In this document: positions 8,686 through 20,405 of the stretch, one piece after another | Position numbering within the stretch: position 1 is the first letter of the stretch | Layout: every line of letters begins with the position of its first letter | From: Anaerolineales bacterium | Lineage (GTDB): Bacteria; Chloroflexota; Anaerolineae; Anaerolineales; E44-bin32 | DNA: 64,000 bases | Reading direction: 5' to 3' | Assembly (NCBI GenBank): GCA_034430615.1 | Contig: DAOUEJ010000203.1 | Location: 1,575 to 65,574 of the forward strand | Notes under the pieces: generated by a model | The model's input: the letters and a program-made list of their open reading frames with translations, nothing else | Told to the model about the DNA's origin: nothing | Databases searched by the model: none | Made by a program: the position numbers and the translations under genes

Positions 8686-10299
8686 ATGTGGACTCGCGGC
8701 TGGCGGGATGAAGTCTGGGATCAACTTTCGACCCCCTTCGATGTGATCATCGTCGGTGGGGGCATCACCGGCACCGGGATCCTGCGTGAAGCCACGCGCG
8801 CCGGATTGCGCGCTCTGCTCGTTGAACAGGGAGACTTCGCTTCCGGCACATCAAGCCGTTCTTCGAAACTTGTGCATGGTGGACTGCGCTACCTGCGCGA
8901 CGCCAAGCTGCGCCTGACACTGCTTTCTGTCCAGGAACGCGAACAGTTGTTACGTGAAGGTCGGGGGCTGGTGACCCCGCTCGGCTTCCTGCTCGCCAAT
9001 TTTGACGATGATGCGGTCCCGCCCTGGGTTTTTGGCCTCGGACTAGTTTTTTATGACCTGATGGGGTTGAGGTGGGGGCATCGCCATTATTCCCCTCCTG
9101 GCCTGCGTGCTCTATGCCCGCCCTTAACGAGCCTCGGCCTGCGGGGAGGCTTCCGCTACTTCGATGCACAGACCGACGATGCCCGTCTGGTTCTGCGAGT
9201 GCTCCGCGAGGCAGCCGCGGAAGGGGGCATGGCCCTGAACTATGCCGCTGCGGAAAACCTGCTCATCGGTCGCGATGGCCGGGTGCGCGGCATACAACTG
9301 TCCGATCGAGAACCACGACCTAGTGGGCGGGCCACGGAGGTATTGGGCAGCGTTGTGATCAACGCCACAGGCGCCTGGGCGGACAACTTGCGTGGGGGGG
9401 TGGGTGGAACGCCGCGCCTACGCAAGCTGCGTGGAAGCCATCTCGTCTTTCCCTGGCGGCGCCTGCCGCTCACACGCGCGGTTACCTTTTTGCACCCGGT
9501 CGACGGTCGTCCGGTCTTTGCCATACCCTGGGAAGGTGTGACTGTCTTCGGCACGACCGACGTCGACCACGAATTCGCGCTGGAGGAGCAACCAGCAATT
9601 GCGCCCGTGGAGGTGGACTATCTGCTGGCTGGCCTGGAGCGCGCCTTCCCCGCCTCACGACTGAACGAGAGGGATGTCCAGTGTACCTTTGCCGGCGTGC
9701 GCGGGGTCCTCGATACGGGCAGGGCCGACCCCTCCAAGGAATCACGCGAGCACGTCATGTGGGATGAGCGCGGGCTTCTCACTGTCACCGGTGGGAAGCT
9801 GACCACTTTCCGCTCGATGGCGCTTGACGCCCTTAAAGCCGTCAACCAGGCGCTGCCGGGCATCCCCGCTCTCAACCGCAAGACACGCATGCTGGACGCT
9901 CTGGACGCAGAAGTGGACCCATCTCTCGCTCTCGAACCGGCGCTGCAAACACGTTTACTCGGACGCTTTGGCCAGGATGCACAGGGAGTCATCAAGTGCT
10001 CGCAGGACGCCGAACTCGAATCCATTCATGGTTTGCCGGCAATGTGGGTTGAACTACGCTGGGCGGCCCGTTCAGAAGGCGTTGTCCACCTTGAGGATCT
10101 CCTTGTCCGCAGGGTGCGCCTGGCGCTCACGCTTCCCGGAGGCGGAATGGACAATCTGGAAAGGATCCGCTCCATCGTGCAGCCAGAACTTGGCTGGGCA
10201 GATCAGCGCTGGGAAGAGGAGGTCGAGACCTACAACAAGGCCTGGCGAGATCAATTCTCGCCCCCTGGCGAAGGCGGGGATTCCCGTGGTCAGCGGTGA
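8686..10299 (+). CDS. glpD: FAD-dependent glycerol-3-phosphate dehydrogenase
   Basis: DVIIVGGGITGTG dinucleotide fold followed by GTSSRSSKLVHGGLRYL, as in GlpD/GlpA. Confidence 0.9.
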   Translation: MWTRGWRDEVWDQLSTPFDVIIVGGGITGTGILREATRAGLRALLVEQGDFASGTSSRSSKLVHGGLRYLRDAKLRLTLLSVQEREQLLREGRGLVTPLGFLLANFDDDAVPPWVFGLGLVFYDLMGLRWGHRHYSPPGLRALCPPLTSLGLRGGFRYFDAQTDDARLVLRVLREAAAEGGMALNYAAAENLLIGRDGRVRGIQLSDREPRPSGRATEVLGSVVINATGAWADNLRGGVGGTPRLRKLRGSHLVFPWRRLPLTRAVTFLHPVDGRPVFAIPWEGVTVFGTTDVDHEFALEEQPAIAPVEVDYLLAGLERAFPASRLNERDVQCTFAGVRGVLDTGRADPSKESREHVMWDERGLLTVTGGKLTTFRSMALDALKAVNQALPGIPALNRKTRMLDALDAEVDPSLALEPALQTRLLGRFGQDAQGVIKCSQDAELESIHGLPAMWVELRWAARSEGVVHLEDLLVRRVRLALTLPGGGMDNLERIRSIVQPELGWADQRWEEEVETYNKAWRDQFSPPGEGGDSRGQR

Positions 10300-11258
10300 T
10301 GTCCAGGTTGCGCGCCTGTCGCTTTTCTTTTCCGATCCCTATTCGTTCCCTCTGCCGGACGGGCATCGCTTTCCGGTCGAAAAGTATTCGCAGCTCCGCC
10401 AGCGCATCCTGGAGAGCGAACTCTCCGGGCTGGTCGACCTGTTGATCCCTGTGCCCGCGTCCGAAGCTCAGTTGGGCCGGGTGCACAGCGCCGGCTACAT
10501 CCAGAGTGTGCTCCAAGGGACGTTGACAGACACGGAGCTGCGCCGGATCGGGTTTCCCTGGTCGACGGGACTGGTCACGCGTTCACTCTACTCGGTCGGG
10601 GGGACGATCGCCGCCTGCCATGCGGCCCTGAGCGCTGGTGTGGCCATGAACCTGGCCGGTGGCACGCACCACGCCCATCGCGACTTTGGCTCCGGATTCT
10701 GTGTCTTCAACGACGTTGCCGTAGCGGCACGCGCGGCGCAGGCCGAGTGGGGGACGGGGCCGATCCTGATCATCGACTGCGATGTCCATCAGGGCGACGG
10801 GACGGCGAGCATCTTCGAGGATGACCCGTCGGTGTTCACGTTTTCGATCCACGCTGAGCGAAATTTCCCCTTCCGCAAGTCGAGCAGTGACCTTGATCTG
10901 CCGCTGCCCGACGGGTGCAGAGATGAAGCCTACCTGGATGCCCTGAGTGGGGTCCTGGACGGCTTATTGCATGAAGTGAAGCCTGATCTTGCCCTCTACC
11001 TCGCTGGTGCAGATCCCTATCACGGGGACACGCTGGGCCGCCTGGAGTTATCCAAGGGAGGTTTAGCCACCCGTGACGCTTCTCGTGCTGGCGGCCTGCG
11101 CCCGGCGCCAGATCCCGCTGGCCATCGTGCTCTCCGGGGGTTATGCGTCTCAAATTACCGATACCGTCGACATCCACCTTGAGACCGTGCGCAGTGCCCA
11201 AAGGCACCTGATTGAGTTCCAGCAAAATTACGCATCGACCCGGCCCGAAGTTGACTGA
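10286..11258 (+). pseudogene. histone-deacetylase-family (arginase/deacetylase superfamily) gene with a 1-position frameshift near 11078
   Basis: Frame-2 ORF carries GGTHHAHRDFGSGFCVFNDVAV and DCDVHQGDGT, then degenerates after ...LSKGGLATRD. The conserved C-terminus LLVLAACARRQIPLAIVLSGGY...DIHLETV continues in frame 0 (ORF 11073..11258). The GTG start at 10286 is tentative. Confidence 0.75.
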
Positions 11259-11262
11259 TAAA

Positions 11263-12663
11263 ATGTCAGGACTTATGGAGAAACGAATTCCCTATCAAGG
11301 CAAGCTGGTCGCTCTTTTGGTGCTTGCGCTGCTCATGTCCGCGTGCGCCACCGGCGTTGCGACCCCAGCCAGCAGCGCCACATCCTCTATCACAACGCTC
11401 GCAATGGAGAATACGCCGACCGCACAACCGTCCCCCAGCCCGCCTGCCACGAAGGCGGCCTGCCCGCCTCTCGACGCGGACATCCAGGAACGGATGCGGC
11501 TCATCGAAAGCCAGGTCTCCCAGCTACGCGGGCTCGAGGCCCAGGCCTCCGTCCAGCATTCACTGCTGACACGGGATCAGTTGGCCGAAAAGGTCGAATT
11601 GGATCTTCTCGCTGACTACAGCGACCAGGAGGCCGTCCAGGATGCCCGCCTGCTCTTGCTGCTGGGTTTGATCGAACCGGACGTGCCGCTGCGTGAGCTC
11701 TACCTTGAACTGCTGGGAGAGCAGGTGGCCGGCTTCTACGACAGCGAGGCGGAAGAATTGGTGATCGTGTGCGATGATGGCTTCAGCGGGGTCGATCAGG
11801 TTACTTATGCACACGAATATGTCCACGTGCTCCAGGACCAGGTCTTCGACCTCGAGGCCGGGCTGGAGTACAGTGACGAAGCCTGTCAGGCAAGCGGTGA
11901 ACGCTGCTTTGCGCTTCAAGCCTTGATCGAGGGCGATGCTTCGCTTCTCCAGGAACAATGGCTTCGAACTTTCGGTCTGGAGCAAGTTCTGCCTGAGTTG
12001 CTCGCATTCTTTGACGAATTCGAGATGCCGGTCTTCGATGCCGCTCCAACCTATATCCAGGCCGAACTCACCTTCCCTTACCTTGAGGGCTTAACCTTTA
12101 CCCGGGCTCTTTACCTTTCGGGCGGCTGGGCCGCAGTGGATGCTGCCTACCGCAACCCGCCCGTCTCAAGTGAGCAAATCCTGCACCCGGATCGCTACCC
12201 GCGTGACCTGCCCGTCACCTTTGACCCTCCCGACCTGGCGGGGGTTCTGGGTTCGGATTGGTCGGAACTGGTAAGCGACTCGCTCGGTGAATGGGTAACG
12301 CGCACGATGTTGCAGGAGTCCCTTGAACCCGGTGAGGCTGTCACCGCAGCCGAGGGCTGGGGCGGTGATTTTATTCTTGTCTACGAATCGGGCGATTCGG
12401 ATCGCTTCGCTCTTGTCTTGCTCACCCAATGGGATACAGTTCGTGATGCGCGCGAATTTGCAGATGCATTCGGGACCTACGGGGACCGCCGCTTCGGGGA
12501 AGCCAGCGAATCATCCCCGTCCGAGTCTGTCTGGCATACCAACGATACAAGCAGCCGCTTCCTGCGTAAGTCCAACCAAACCCTTTGGCTACTCACCCCG
12601 GACGCAGACACGCTTGCACTGCTTTCAGACGCGATCACCCTTCCGATATGGCCGACTCCCTAG
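11263..12663 (+). CDS. secreted lipoprotein with HExxH zinc-metalloprotease-like motif
   Basis: Signal peptide plus lipobox (LLMSAC), a Pro/Ser/Thr linker, and the motif YAHEYVHVLQDQ. The ATG at 11263 lies 5 nt after the reconstructed HDAC stop. Confidence 0.75.
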   Translation: MSGLMEKRIPYQGKLVALLVLALLMSACATGVATPASSATSSITTLAMENTPTAQPSPSPPATKAACPPLDADIQERMRLIESQVSQLRGLEAQASVQHSLLTRDQLAEKVELDLLADYSDQEAVQDARLLLLLGLIEPDVPLRELYLELLGEQVAGFYDSEAEELVIVCDDGFSGVDQVTYAHEYVHVLQDQVFDLEAGLEYSDEACQASGERCFALQALIEGDASLLQEQWLRTFGLEQVLPELLAFFDEFEMPVFDAAPTYIQAELTFPYLEGLTFTRALYLSGGWAAVDAAYRNPPVSSEQILHPDRYPRDLPVTFDPPDLAGVLGSDWSELVSDSLGEWVTRTMLQESLEPGEAVTAAEGWGGDFILVYESGDSDRFALVLLTQWDTVRDAREFADAFGTYGDRRFGEASESSPSESVWHTNDTSSRFLRKSNQTLWLLTPDADTLALLSDAITLPIWPTP

Positions 12664-13346
12664 AGCGCGGCCTGGATATTAAACGCATCCAAGCGATCTG
12701 CTTTGATATCGATGGAACCCTGGCCGACACCGACGACGCCTATATTCAGCGAGTAGCCCGCTGGCTCACGCCATTTCGACGCCTGCTGCGCGACGGCGAT
12801 CCGGTGGTAGCGGCACGGCGCCTGGTGATGGCCATCGAATCCCCGGCCAATTCCTTCGTGGCTTGGCTCGATCGCCTTCATCTGGACCAAATCCTCGGGC
12901 CTGCCGCCAACGCTCTCTACCGGCTGCGGGGTGCGTCGGCAACTCCGGAACCCGAGCTCGTCCCGGGCACCCGTGAGGCCGTCCAGCGCCTGGTGCAACG
13001 TTTCCCGCTTGCGATCTGCACTGCACGTGACCAGGCCAGCGCCCACGCTTTCCTCGTCAACCAGGGTCTGGAGACGCTCTTTGCTTGCGTTGCCACGGCG
13101 CGATCGGCGCGTCGGGCGAAACCGCATCCGGCGCCGGTGGCCTGGGTTTGCGAGCAACTTGGCCTCCCGCCGCGCGCTCTCCTTATGGTGGGGGATACGG
13201 TCGTCGATATCCTCGCCGGCCGCCGGGCGGGTGCACAAACCGTTGGTTTGCTGTGTGGCTTTGGAGAGCTTGAGGAGCTGCAAGCTGCGGGAGCAGATCT
13301 CATCCTCGACAACCCCGCCCAATTGGTTGGCTTGCTCCTGGCTTAG
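12648..13346 (+). CDS. HAD-superfamily phosphatase (phosphoglycolate phosphatase-like)
   Basis: Motif I CFDIDGTLADT, motif III K at RRAKP, and motif IV MVGDTVVDILAG. Confidence 0.85.
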   Translation: MADSLERGLDIKRIQAICFDIDGTLADTDDAYIQRVARWLTPFRRLLRDGDPVVAARRLVMAIESPANSFVAWLDRLHLDQILGPAANALYRLRGASATPEPELVPGTREAVQRLVQRFPLAICTARDQASAHAFLVNQGLETLFACVATARSARRAKPHPAPVAWVCEQLGLPPRALLMVGDTVVDILAGRRAGAQTVGLLCGFGELEELQAAGADLILDNPAQLVGLLLA

Positions 13347-13413
13347 TTCCCTTACCGATAACAGAGACCTGCGGCTCGCTCACCAAGCGGCGAGCGTCCG
13401 CATTCCTCCGAGG

Positions 13414-14283
13414 TCACATTGCAAGCTTGAGCAATGCCGGTGGTACCCAGAACTGCCCATAACCAAATAGCGAAAGCCCCAGTGAGCCAAACAGTACCGC
13501 AACCCCGAATGCCATAAGTGCATAGTCGCGGGGGCGATAGTTGAGCTGGATCAGCCAGGTTCGCGGGCCGGTTCCGAAGGCGCGCAGATCCATGGCATCG
13601 ATGATGTCTTCGCTGCCCGAGATCGCCCGGATTGTCACCGGCACCAGGATCGGCGCCAGCTTGCGCACTTGCGCAATCAAGCCTCCCTGGAGTTTCTCTA
13701 ATTCGTAACCGCGCGCTTTCTGCGCGTCCATCGTGAGTTGGAAATCGCGGCCAAAGGTGGGGATAAAGCGCATCGTCAGGTCCATGGCATAGGCGATCTT
13801 GTCCGGGAGCCCGAGCCGGCGGAAGGCAACACCGTAGTGCGCCGGGTTGATCGAATAGGGGATGAGGATGGTGGTGCTGGCCAGGCTGAAGACGCGCGCC
13901 AGTTGGCCGAGGGCGAATATGATCCGCTCGGCGCTGATATTCAGCGTTGGCCGCCAGCCGAAGATCTCAAACCCAGCCTGATAAGTCCTCAGGATATGCT
14001 CCTCTACGTATACCTCCACGCCGCCCCGCCCGGTCAGGAAGGTCAGCAGGGCGAAGAAGGTAATGAACGCTCCAATAAACAACCACGTTCGGCGCGACTC
14101 GCGGAAGGTGATCCCCGAGCGCAGCACCACAACCAGTGCGATGATGGCGAAGAAAGCCAGGAAGCGCACATCCCAGAAGAAGAGCGTGGATATGACGAAG
14201 CAGAAATAGAAGATGAACCAGGCTGAAGGGTCAAAGCCCTGGATGAGGGAGTTGCGTTCACGATAGCGCCAGGTGACGAGCAT
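13414..14283 (-). CDS. ecfT: ECF transporter transmembrane (T) component
   Basis: 289-aa polytopic protein, last gene of the A-S-T operon. It has the CbiQ/EcfT-like layout with an Arg-containing coupling-helix region (AMDLRAFG). Confidence 0.8.
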   Translation of the reverse strand: MLVTWRYRERNSLIQGFDPSAWFIFYFCFVISTLFFWDVRFLAFFAIIALVVVLRSGITFRESRRTWLFIGAFITFFALLTFLTGRGGVEVYVEEHILRTYQAGFEIFGWRPTLNISAERIIFALGQLARVFSLASTTILIPYSINPAHYGVAFRRLGLPDKIAYAMDLTMRFIPTFGRDFQLTMDAQKARGYELEKLQGGLIAQVRKLAPILVPVTIRAISGSEDIIDAMDLRAFGTGPRTWLIQLNYRPRDYALMAFGVAVLFGSLGLSLFGYGQFWVPPALLKLAM

Positions 14284-14335
14284 GCTGCCGGTGAGCGGGG
14301 GAGGGATGCGGGCGCGCCCCTCCCCCGCCGAACTA

Positions 14336-15271
14336 TCAGCGGCCGGTCTGGCGCTGAACCGAGTTGTAGGCGCCGACGAGCAAAGGCACCAGGATCGCAG
14401 CGAAGATCATGTTGGGCCCTGCTGCTGGCAGGAACTCGCCCACGATCGCCACCGACGGGGAGAAACCGTTAATCCAGATGTCGGACAACGCGGCAAAACC
14501 GATGCCGATGAAGTTACCCAGCATGGACCAGATCACGGCCGATGCTAGATCGACGTTGTCCTTGAAGAACATGCGCACCAAGAGGACCAGCACAAAGCCA
14601 ACAACGGCCGAGAGGCCGGCGAAGGCAGAGATGGTGGCGTCGCCGAAGATACCAGCGTCGGGATCAAAGAACATCATATTGGAAAGATCCCGGTTGAAGA
14701 TCCAGAGCAGCGTGGCAACCGCGGCCAGGCCGGTGCTGATATAAAGCACGCTGTTCATGGCCTTCTTCTTGTCGATATAAAGTGCGGCCATGCCGGAGAT
14801 CATGCCCACCAGGCCGTTCGCCACGCTCCACTGCGGCGAGAGACCGAAGCCGGTCAGCGCATCACCGAACATATTGCCAACCGCACCGGTGAAAAAGCCC
14901 ACGACCGGGCCAAAGGCGTAGCCAAAGAACATGGGGATGGAGATCGCCGGACGCAATGAGACCTGGCTCACCGAAGGGACTACGAACACCGTCCCGTTGA
15001 ACAGGTATGAGAAGACTGCGTACAGGGCGGCCCCGATAGCCATGTAGACTACCTCGCGCGTGCCGACGGTCCAGGCCGCATTCTGGCGGGTAAACCAGTA
15101 GACTGCGAATACGATCAACAGTCCGATGGCGACGAAGACGAAGCGCAGCAGGGCGGTTTCATCCAGTTGAAGGTCTGGGTTGAGTGACGGACCCAACCAG
15201 GCAACCAGGATGAAGACGACCAGGACTGCAATCAGTGATAGGGCTACGGACGTCGGTTTCGTGCCGTTCAT
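14336..15271 (-). CDS. ECF transporter substrate-binding (S) component, unusually long (311 aa)
   Basis: Polytopic, Gly-rich membrane protein encoded between the ECF ATPase and the T component. GGAGGAGG RBS. Confidence 0.65.
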   Translation of the reverse strand: MNGTKPTSVALSLIAVLVVFILVAWLGPSLNPDLQLDETALLRFVFVAIGLLIVFAVYWFTRQNAAWTVGTREVVYMAIGAALYAVFSYLFNGTVFVVPSVSQVSLRPAISIPMFFGYAFGPVVGFFTGAVGNMFGDALTGFGLSPQWSVANGLVGMISGMAALYIDKKKAMNSVLYISTGLAAVATLLWIFNRDLSNMMFFDPDAGIFGDATISAFAGLSAVVGFVLVLLVRMFFKDNVDLASAVIWSMLGNFIGIGFAALSDIWINGFSPSVAIVGEFLPAAGPNMIFAAILVPLLVGAYNSVQRQTGR

Positions 15272-15332
15272 GATTTCCTCCTCCGGTTCACGTCGTGAAC
15301 CAGGCGATTAATACTACGGGGCGAGCACACGA

Positions 15333-16949
15333 TCATGCCCCGGCATGCGCCAGTGCTTCTGCGCGCATGAACTTGCCCGTTTGATCATACATCTCGATGT
15401 TCAAAGCCAGCAGAGAGGTCGGTACGAGCCGGCACGCCTCGAGCCGGGTGCGATCGAGCAGCACCTCCTCCGGCGGGCCATCAGCGATCAACCTCCCTTC
15501 GCTGACCAGCAGCACCCGGTTGGCGTATACCACCGCCAGGTCGATATCGTGCGTGATGAAAAGAATGGCATCGAAGCCGGGTATGCTCAAAATCGAATCC
15601 ATGAAATCCATATAGTTGCGGTAATCCTGCCCTGCCGTTGGCTCGTCCATAACAAGGATGCGTGATCGCATGGCGAGTACGGCGGCGATGCTTACGCGCT
15701 TCTGCTGGCCAAACGATAACGCAAGCGGGGGGTCATTTTCCATACCTCCCAGGTTCATGATCTCGATTGCCTGTTCCACCTCCTTCTCGATTTCTGTGCG
15801 CGTGTGTCCCAGGTTCTTGGGGCCGAAGGAAAGCTCCTCGGTCACCGTCGGCGCGAAGAGCATGTGACTTGGGCTCTGGAAGACATACCCCAGTTCGCTG
15901 GCAATCTGCGCCACGCTCTGCTTATCGGTTCGCTGACCCCCAATCCAGACTTCCCCGGCGCTGGGTTTGAGCAACCCGATGGCGTGCTTGACGAGCGTCG
16001 TCTTCCCGGCCCCGTTTGCACCCAGGACAGCGATTACGTCACCCGTTTCGATGTGGAAATGCATGTCCTTGAGCACTTGCCGGGTATCGTCATAGGCGAA
16101 ATCGACATGTTCAAAGCGTACGAGTGGTGCGGACTGCCTCTCCGGTCGGTGAGCGGCGTCGACGGCCGGGGCCTGAGGAGCTTTGCGGGCTAACTGCAGT
16201 ACGCTGCTGGCGGGGAGCTTGATCTCCCGGTAGTCAACGGCTCCGGTCAGCCCTTCCGGTGAGCCTTCGTAGCGGATCTTCCCCCCATCTATAAAGATGA
16301 CTCGCTCTGGTTCGATCTTGAAAACATCCTCGACGCGGTGCTCGACGATCAGAATCGACATGCCCTCGTCTGCTAGATCCCGGATCATGTGCAGCGCATC
16401 CAGGGCGCTGGCCGGATCGAGGCTTGCCAGGGGTTCGTCCAACAGCAGCAGTGAGGGGTGCATGGCGAGAACCCCGGCCAGCGCTACTTTTTGTTTCTCC
16501 CCGCCCGAGAGTAGAAAGGTTTCCCGATCCCGCAGATGGGTGATGCGCAGCCTTTCCAGCGCTCGCTCGGCACGCTCAAGGATCACTTCGCGGGCGAAAC
16601 CAAGATTCTCCAGCCCGAAGGCGACTTCGTTGATGACTTTCGTACCCAGGATTTGGCGTTCGGGGTCCTGCAGGACTGTACCAACGGACTGCGAGATACG
16701 GGCCAAGCTGAAGTCACGGATATCCTCGCCGCAGATCCTGATCGTGCCAGTCAATTCACCCTTATACGAGCGTGGGATAAGTCCGTTGATGCAGCGGGCG
16801 AGGGTTGTCTTGCCGCAGCCGCTCGGCCCAGCAACCAGCAAGACCTCGCCTGCGCGCAGGTGTAGGTTAATCTTTTCCAGGGCTAGTTCATCCCGGTCTC
16901 GGTATTTAAACCACAGGTCTTTAACCTGAAGTGGTATGGAGTCTATCAC
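15333..16949 (-). CDS. fused tandem ABC ATPase of an ECF transporter (EcfA-EcfA')
   Basis: Two Walker A motifs (GPSGCGKTT, GANGAGKTT), two signature motifs (LSGGEKQKV, LSFGQQKRV) and two Walker B motifs (LLLLDEP, ILVMDEP). GTG start. Confidence 0.9.
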   Translation of the reverse strand: MIDSIPLQVKDLWFKYRDRDELALEKINLHLRAGEVLLVAGPSGCGKTTLARCINGLIPRSYKGELTGTIRICGEDIRDFSLARISQSVGTVLQDPERQILGTKVINEVAFGLENLGFAREVILERAERALERLRITHLRDRETFLLSGGEKQKVALAGVLAMHPSLLLLDEPLASLDPASALDALHMIRDLADEGMSILIVEHRVEDVFKIEPERVIFIDGGKIRYEGSPEGLTGAVDYREIKLPASSVLQLARKAPQAPAVDAAHRPERQSAPLVRFEHVDFAYDDTRQVLKDMHFHIETGDVIAVLGANGAGKTTLVKHAIGLLKPSAGEVWIGGQRTDKQSVAQIASELGYVFQSPSHMLFAPTVTEELSFGPKNLGHTRTEIEKEVEQAIEIMNLGGMENDPPLALSFGQQKRVSIAAVLAMRSRILVMDEPTAGQDYRNYMDFMDSILSIPGFDAILFITHDIDLAVVYANRVLLVSEGRLIADGPPEEVLLDRTRLEACRLVPTSLLALNIEMYDQTGKFMRAEALAHAGA

Positions 16950-17117
16950 GCAGGAATAGTCCTTCCCAGCTTTGTATACACTACAACACCATCAACCGCA
17001 AAGGGTGACAGCATCCTGGCGAAACGATCTGTTCCCGGTGGCGATTGACCCGCCTGTGAGCCTGCCCAACTAGTTCTATAATGGGGGTGTGGTTGCCAAA
17101 CCGATCCGGTTTCGTGA

Positions 17118-18545
<1,428 letters not shown>

Positions 18546-18635
18546 AGGTTCTGCTCAGATCAAGGGGTTACAGCGCTCGGGTCTAACATCCCCAGATGGA
18601 GAGTGGTCTTTCCCCTTCATTCTGATCCAACCAAT

Positions 18636-18670
18636 AAGGTCCTGACTGTCTGAGTCAGGACCTTTCTTTT
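18636..18670. terminator. intrinsic terminator between convergent tpl and GTPase genes
   Basis: GGTCCTGACT-GTCTG-AGTCAGGACC followed by TTTCTTTT. Confidence 0.75.
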
Positions 18671-18700
18671 CCTTGCCCCATATCACATAGCGGAAGGGTA

Positions 18701-19936
18701 TTAGTCCTCATGAAGCGGCTTCTCCTCCATCTGGACATCCATCTCGGTCAAGATCTCGCTCACCCGATCTTTGAGGGTACCTTTTTTGGGTTTCCTCTTC
18801 CCCAGCCCTTTCAGCCTCGCTACCAGGGCGTCTCTGACAGCGCGTGAGATGCGCTGCAGTTGATCGCTCGTGATGTCCGAGCCGCTTTCGAACCAGGTGG
18901 CGGTCGCATACCCGATGGCGGCTGTCGTGCCGGCGGCGACGGCCGCCGCGACCAGCCAACCTGGCGGCCCTCCAAATTTACTCAGTTCATAGAACAGGCT
19001 CCGTCCAACCAGGCCGAGGCCGAAAGTAGCGATCAGTTCGCGGGCCCGGGCCAATGTCATGCGCTGATCGTAGATACGGGCTAGCCCAATCACCATTGCC
19101 GCCTGGAGCCCGATGAGCGGGAAGAAATCCAGAAAGGGCAGCGGCGTGATGGCTACCGCAGCTGCGGTCGAGGCAGCCCGCGCAATCGCCCCCTGCGCCA
19201 GATCCCAGCGGTAGCGAGGGATGGCCGCCCCGATGGCGGCCGCAATCCCGGGTTCAGTCCGGGCCACCGCCTGCAAAACGCGACCGATACCCTCTCCTTG
19301 TTTCGCACTCACCGGGATGATTTGATCGCTGCGTATGCCCAGCTCGGCTGCCGCCCTACCGATCACCTGCGGGCGCTCGCGACCGATCAGGTCGATCTTG
19401 TTCAGTGACACCACCAACGGCCTCTCAAGGGCCATCAGATCATGAAACAATCGCTTTTCAGGATCCCCTATCCCGTGGCTGGCGTCAAAGAGGGCCAGGA
19501 GGACATCCGCTTCCGCCGCCGCAGTCAGCGCCAGCGCCCGCTCGCCCTCGCCTACCTGCCCGACGGCATCCGCCCCTGGTGTATCAACCACCACGAACAG
19601 CCCGGTCTCTGCCGCCTTGGACACACGGGTCGTTCCGGGCACTGCGCTGACCTGTGCCCGGTCGCTCTTGGATTGGATCAACTGGTTATATAGGGTGGAT
19701 TTACCCGCATTGGCCGGCCCAACGATGGCCACCCGCTGTTGTCTCCCGGTGGCGAAACGCACGTGCTCGGCGGCACGCTTCAGAAGATCGCGCCAGCCCT
19801 TCCCTTCCCCGGGAATCTGACTGACCGCATCCATCAATCTTCCTTTTTCTCCCTCCGGCAGATCATCCCACAGTCGCTGGATCAACACCGGCCAGCGACC
19901 GACAAACTCCTGTGACTGCTTCTCTTTTTCAGGCAT
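18701..19936 (-). CDS. GTPase with C-terminal membrane-associated (DUF697/YcjF-like) domain
   Basis: G1 GPANAGKST, G3 DTPG, G4 NKID. The C-terminal half is hydrophobic and Ala/Gly-rich. Confidence 0.8.
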   Translation of the reverse strand: MPEKEKQSQEFVGRWPVLIQRLWDDLPEGEKGRLMDAVSQIPGEGKGWRDLLKRAAEHVRFATGRQQRVAIVGPANAGKSTLYNQLIQSKSDRAQVSAVPGTTRVSKAAETGLFVVVDTPGADAVGQVGEGERALALTAAAEADVLLALFDASHGIGDPEKRLFHDLMALERPLVVSLNKIDLIGRERPQVIGRAAAELGIRSDQIIPVSAKQGEGIGRVLQAVARTEPGIAAAIGAAIPRYRWDLAQGAIARAASTAAAVAITPLPFLDFFPLIGLQAAMVIGLARIYDQRMTLARARELIATFGLGLVGRSLFYELSKFGGPPGWLVAAAVAAGTTAAIGYATATWFESGSDITSDQLQRISRAVRDALVARLKGLGKRKPKKGTLKDRVSEILTEMDVQMEEKPLHED

Positions 19937-19981
19937 TCCAGAAACCTCTCGATCTCATCAAGACCATTTTAAACCGGTATC

Positions 19982-20143
19982 TGTGGATAATTGGCTTAAA
20001 ACTGTGGATAAGCGGGATGATCTGGGGAGAACCATGCACAACCTCCGCCGTCCGTACCCCCGCAGCTAGGGGTAAGCCAATCCGTCATCACTAGATATGG
20101 AGTTTTCCAAAGAAAAACCTGGTGCTCGCAGAATTCATCCACA
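19982..20143. promoter_or_regulatory. cluster of DnaA-box 9-mers
   Basis: Perfect TGTGGATAA at 19982-19990 and 20003-20011 (same orientation, 21 nt apart). TCATCCACA (1 mismatch, opposite orientation) at 20135-20143. Weaker 2-mismatch boxes occur near 20206, 20255 and 20262. Confidence 0.5.
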
Positions 20144-20348
20144 TTTCAACCACAATGCCCTGTGAGCGCTTTTTTGTTTCATGTGCGGTCCATCTAGGGG
20201 ATAAACAGATGAGAGCCCCCAGCAGTGTGTATTTTTGTTCTCGTTAGGTCTGCCTCTCCACATACCCACAATCCCTACGACAACTACTACATATTAATAG
20301 ATCATCATAAGAAATGTGAATAATAAGTAGTGTTTCTCCCACTCATAT

Positions 20349-20405
20349 AAAAACTGCGCAGATACGCTCAGGAAGAAAAAGAGCATGTCTGCGCAGTAAA
20401 AAAAC
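20349..20405. terminator. hairpin terminator downstream of gdhA
   Basis: CTGCGCAGA (20354-20362) pairs with TCTGCGCAG (20388-20396). A-runs on both sides give a T-run on the minus strand after the stem. The loop is long (25 nt). Confidence 0.55.

Noticed and set aside
9824-10285. Long 5' extension of the HDAC-family ORF (ORF track 9824..11182)
   Set aside because: It overlaps the 3' third of glpD in another frame and is Arg/Ser/Pro/Cys-rich nonsense. Homology-like sequence only begins near 10286.
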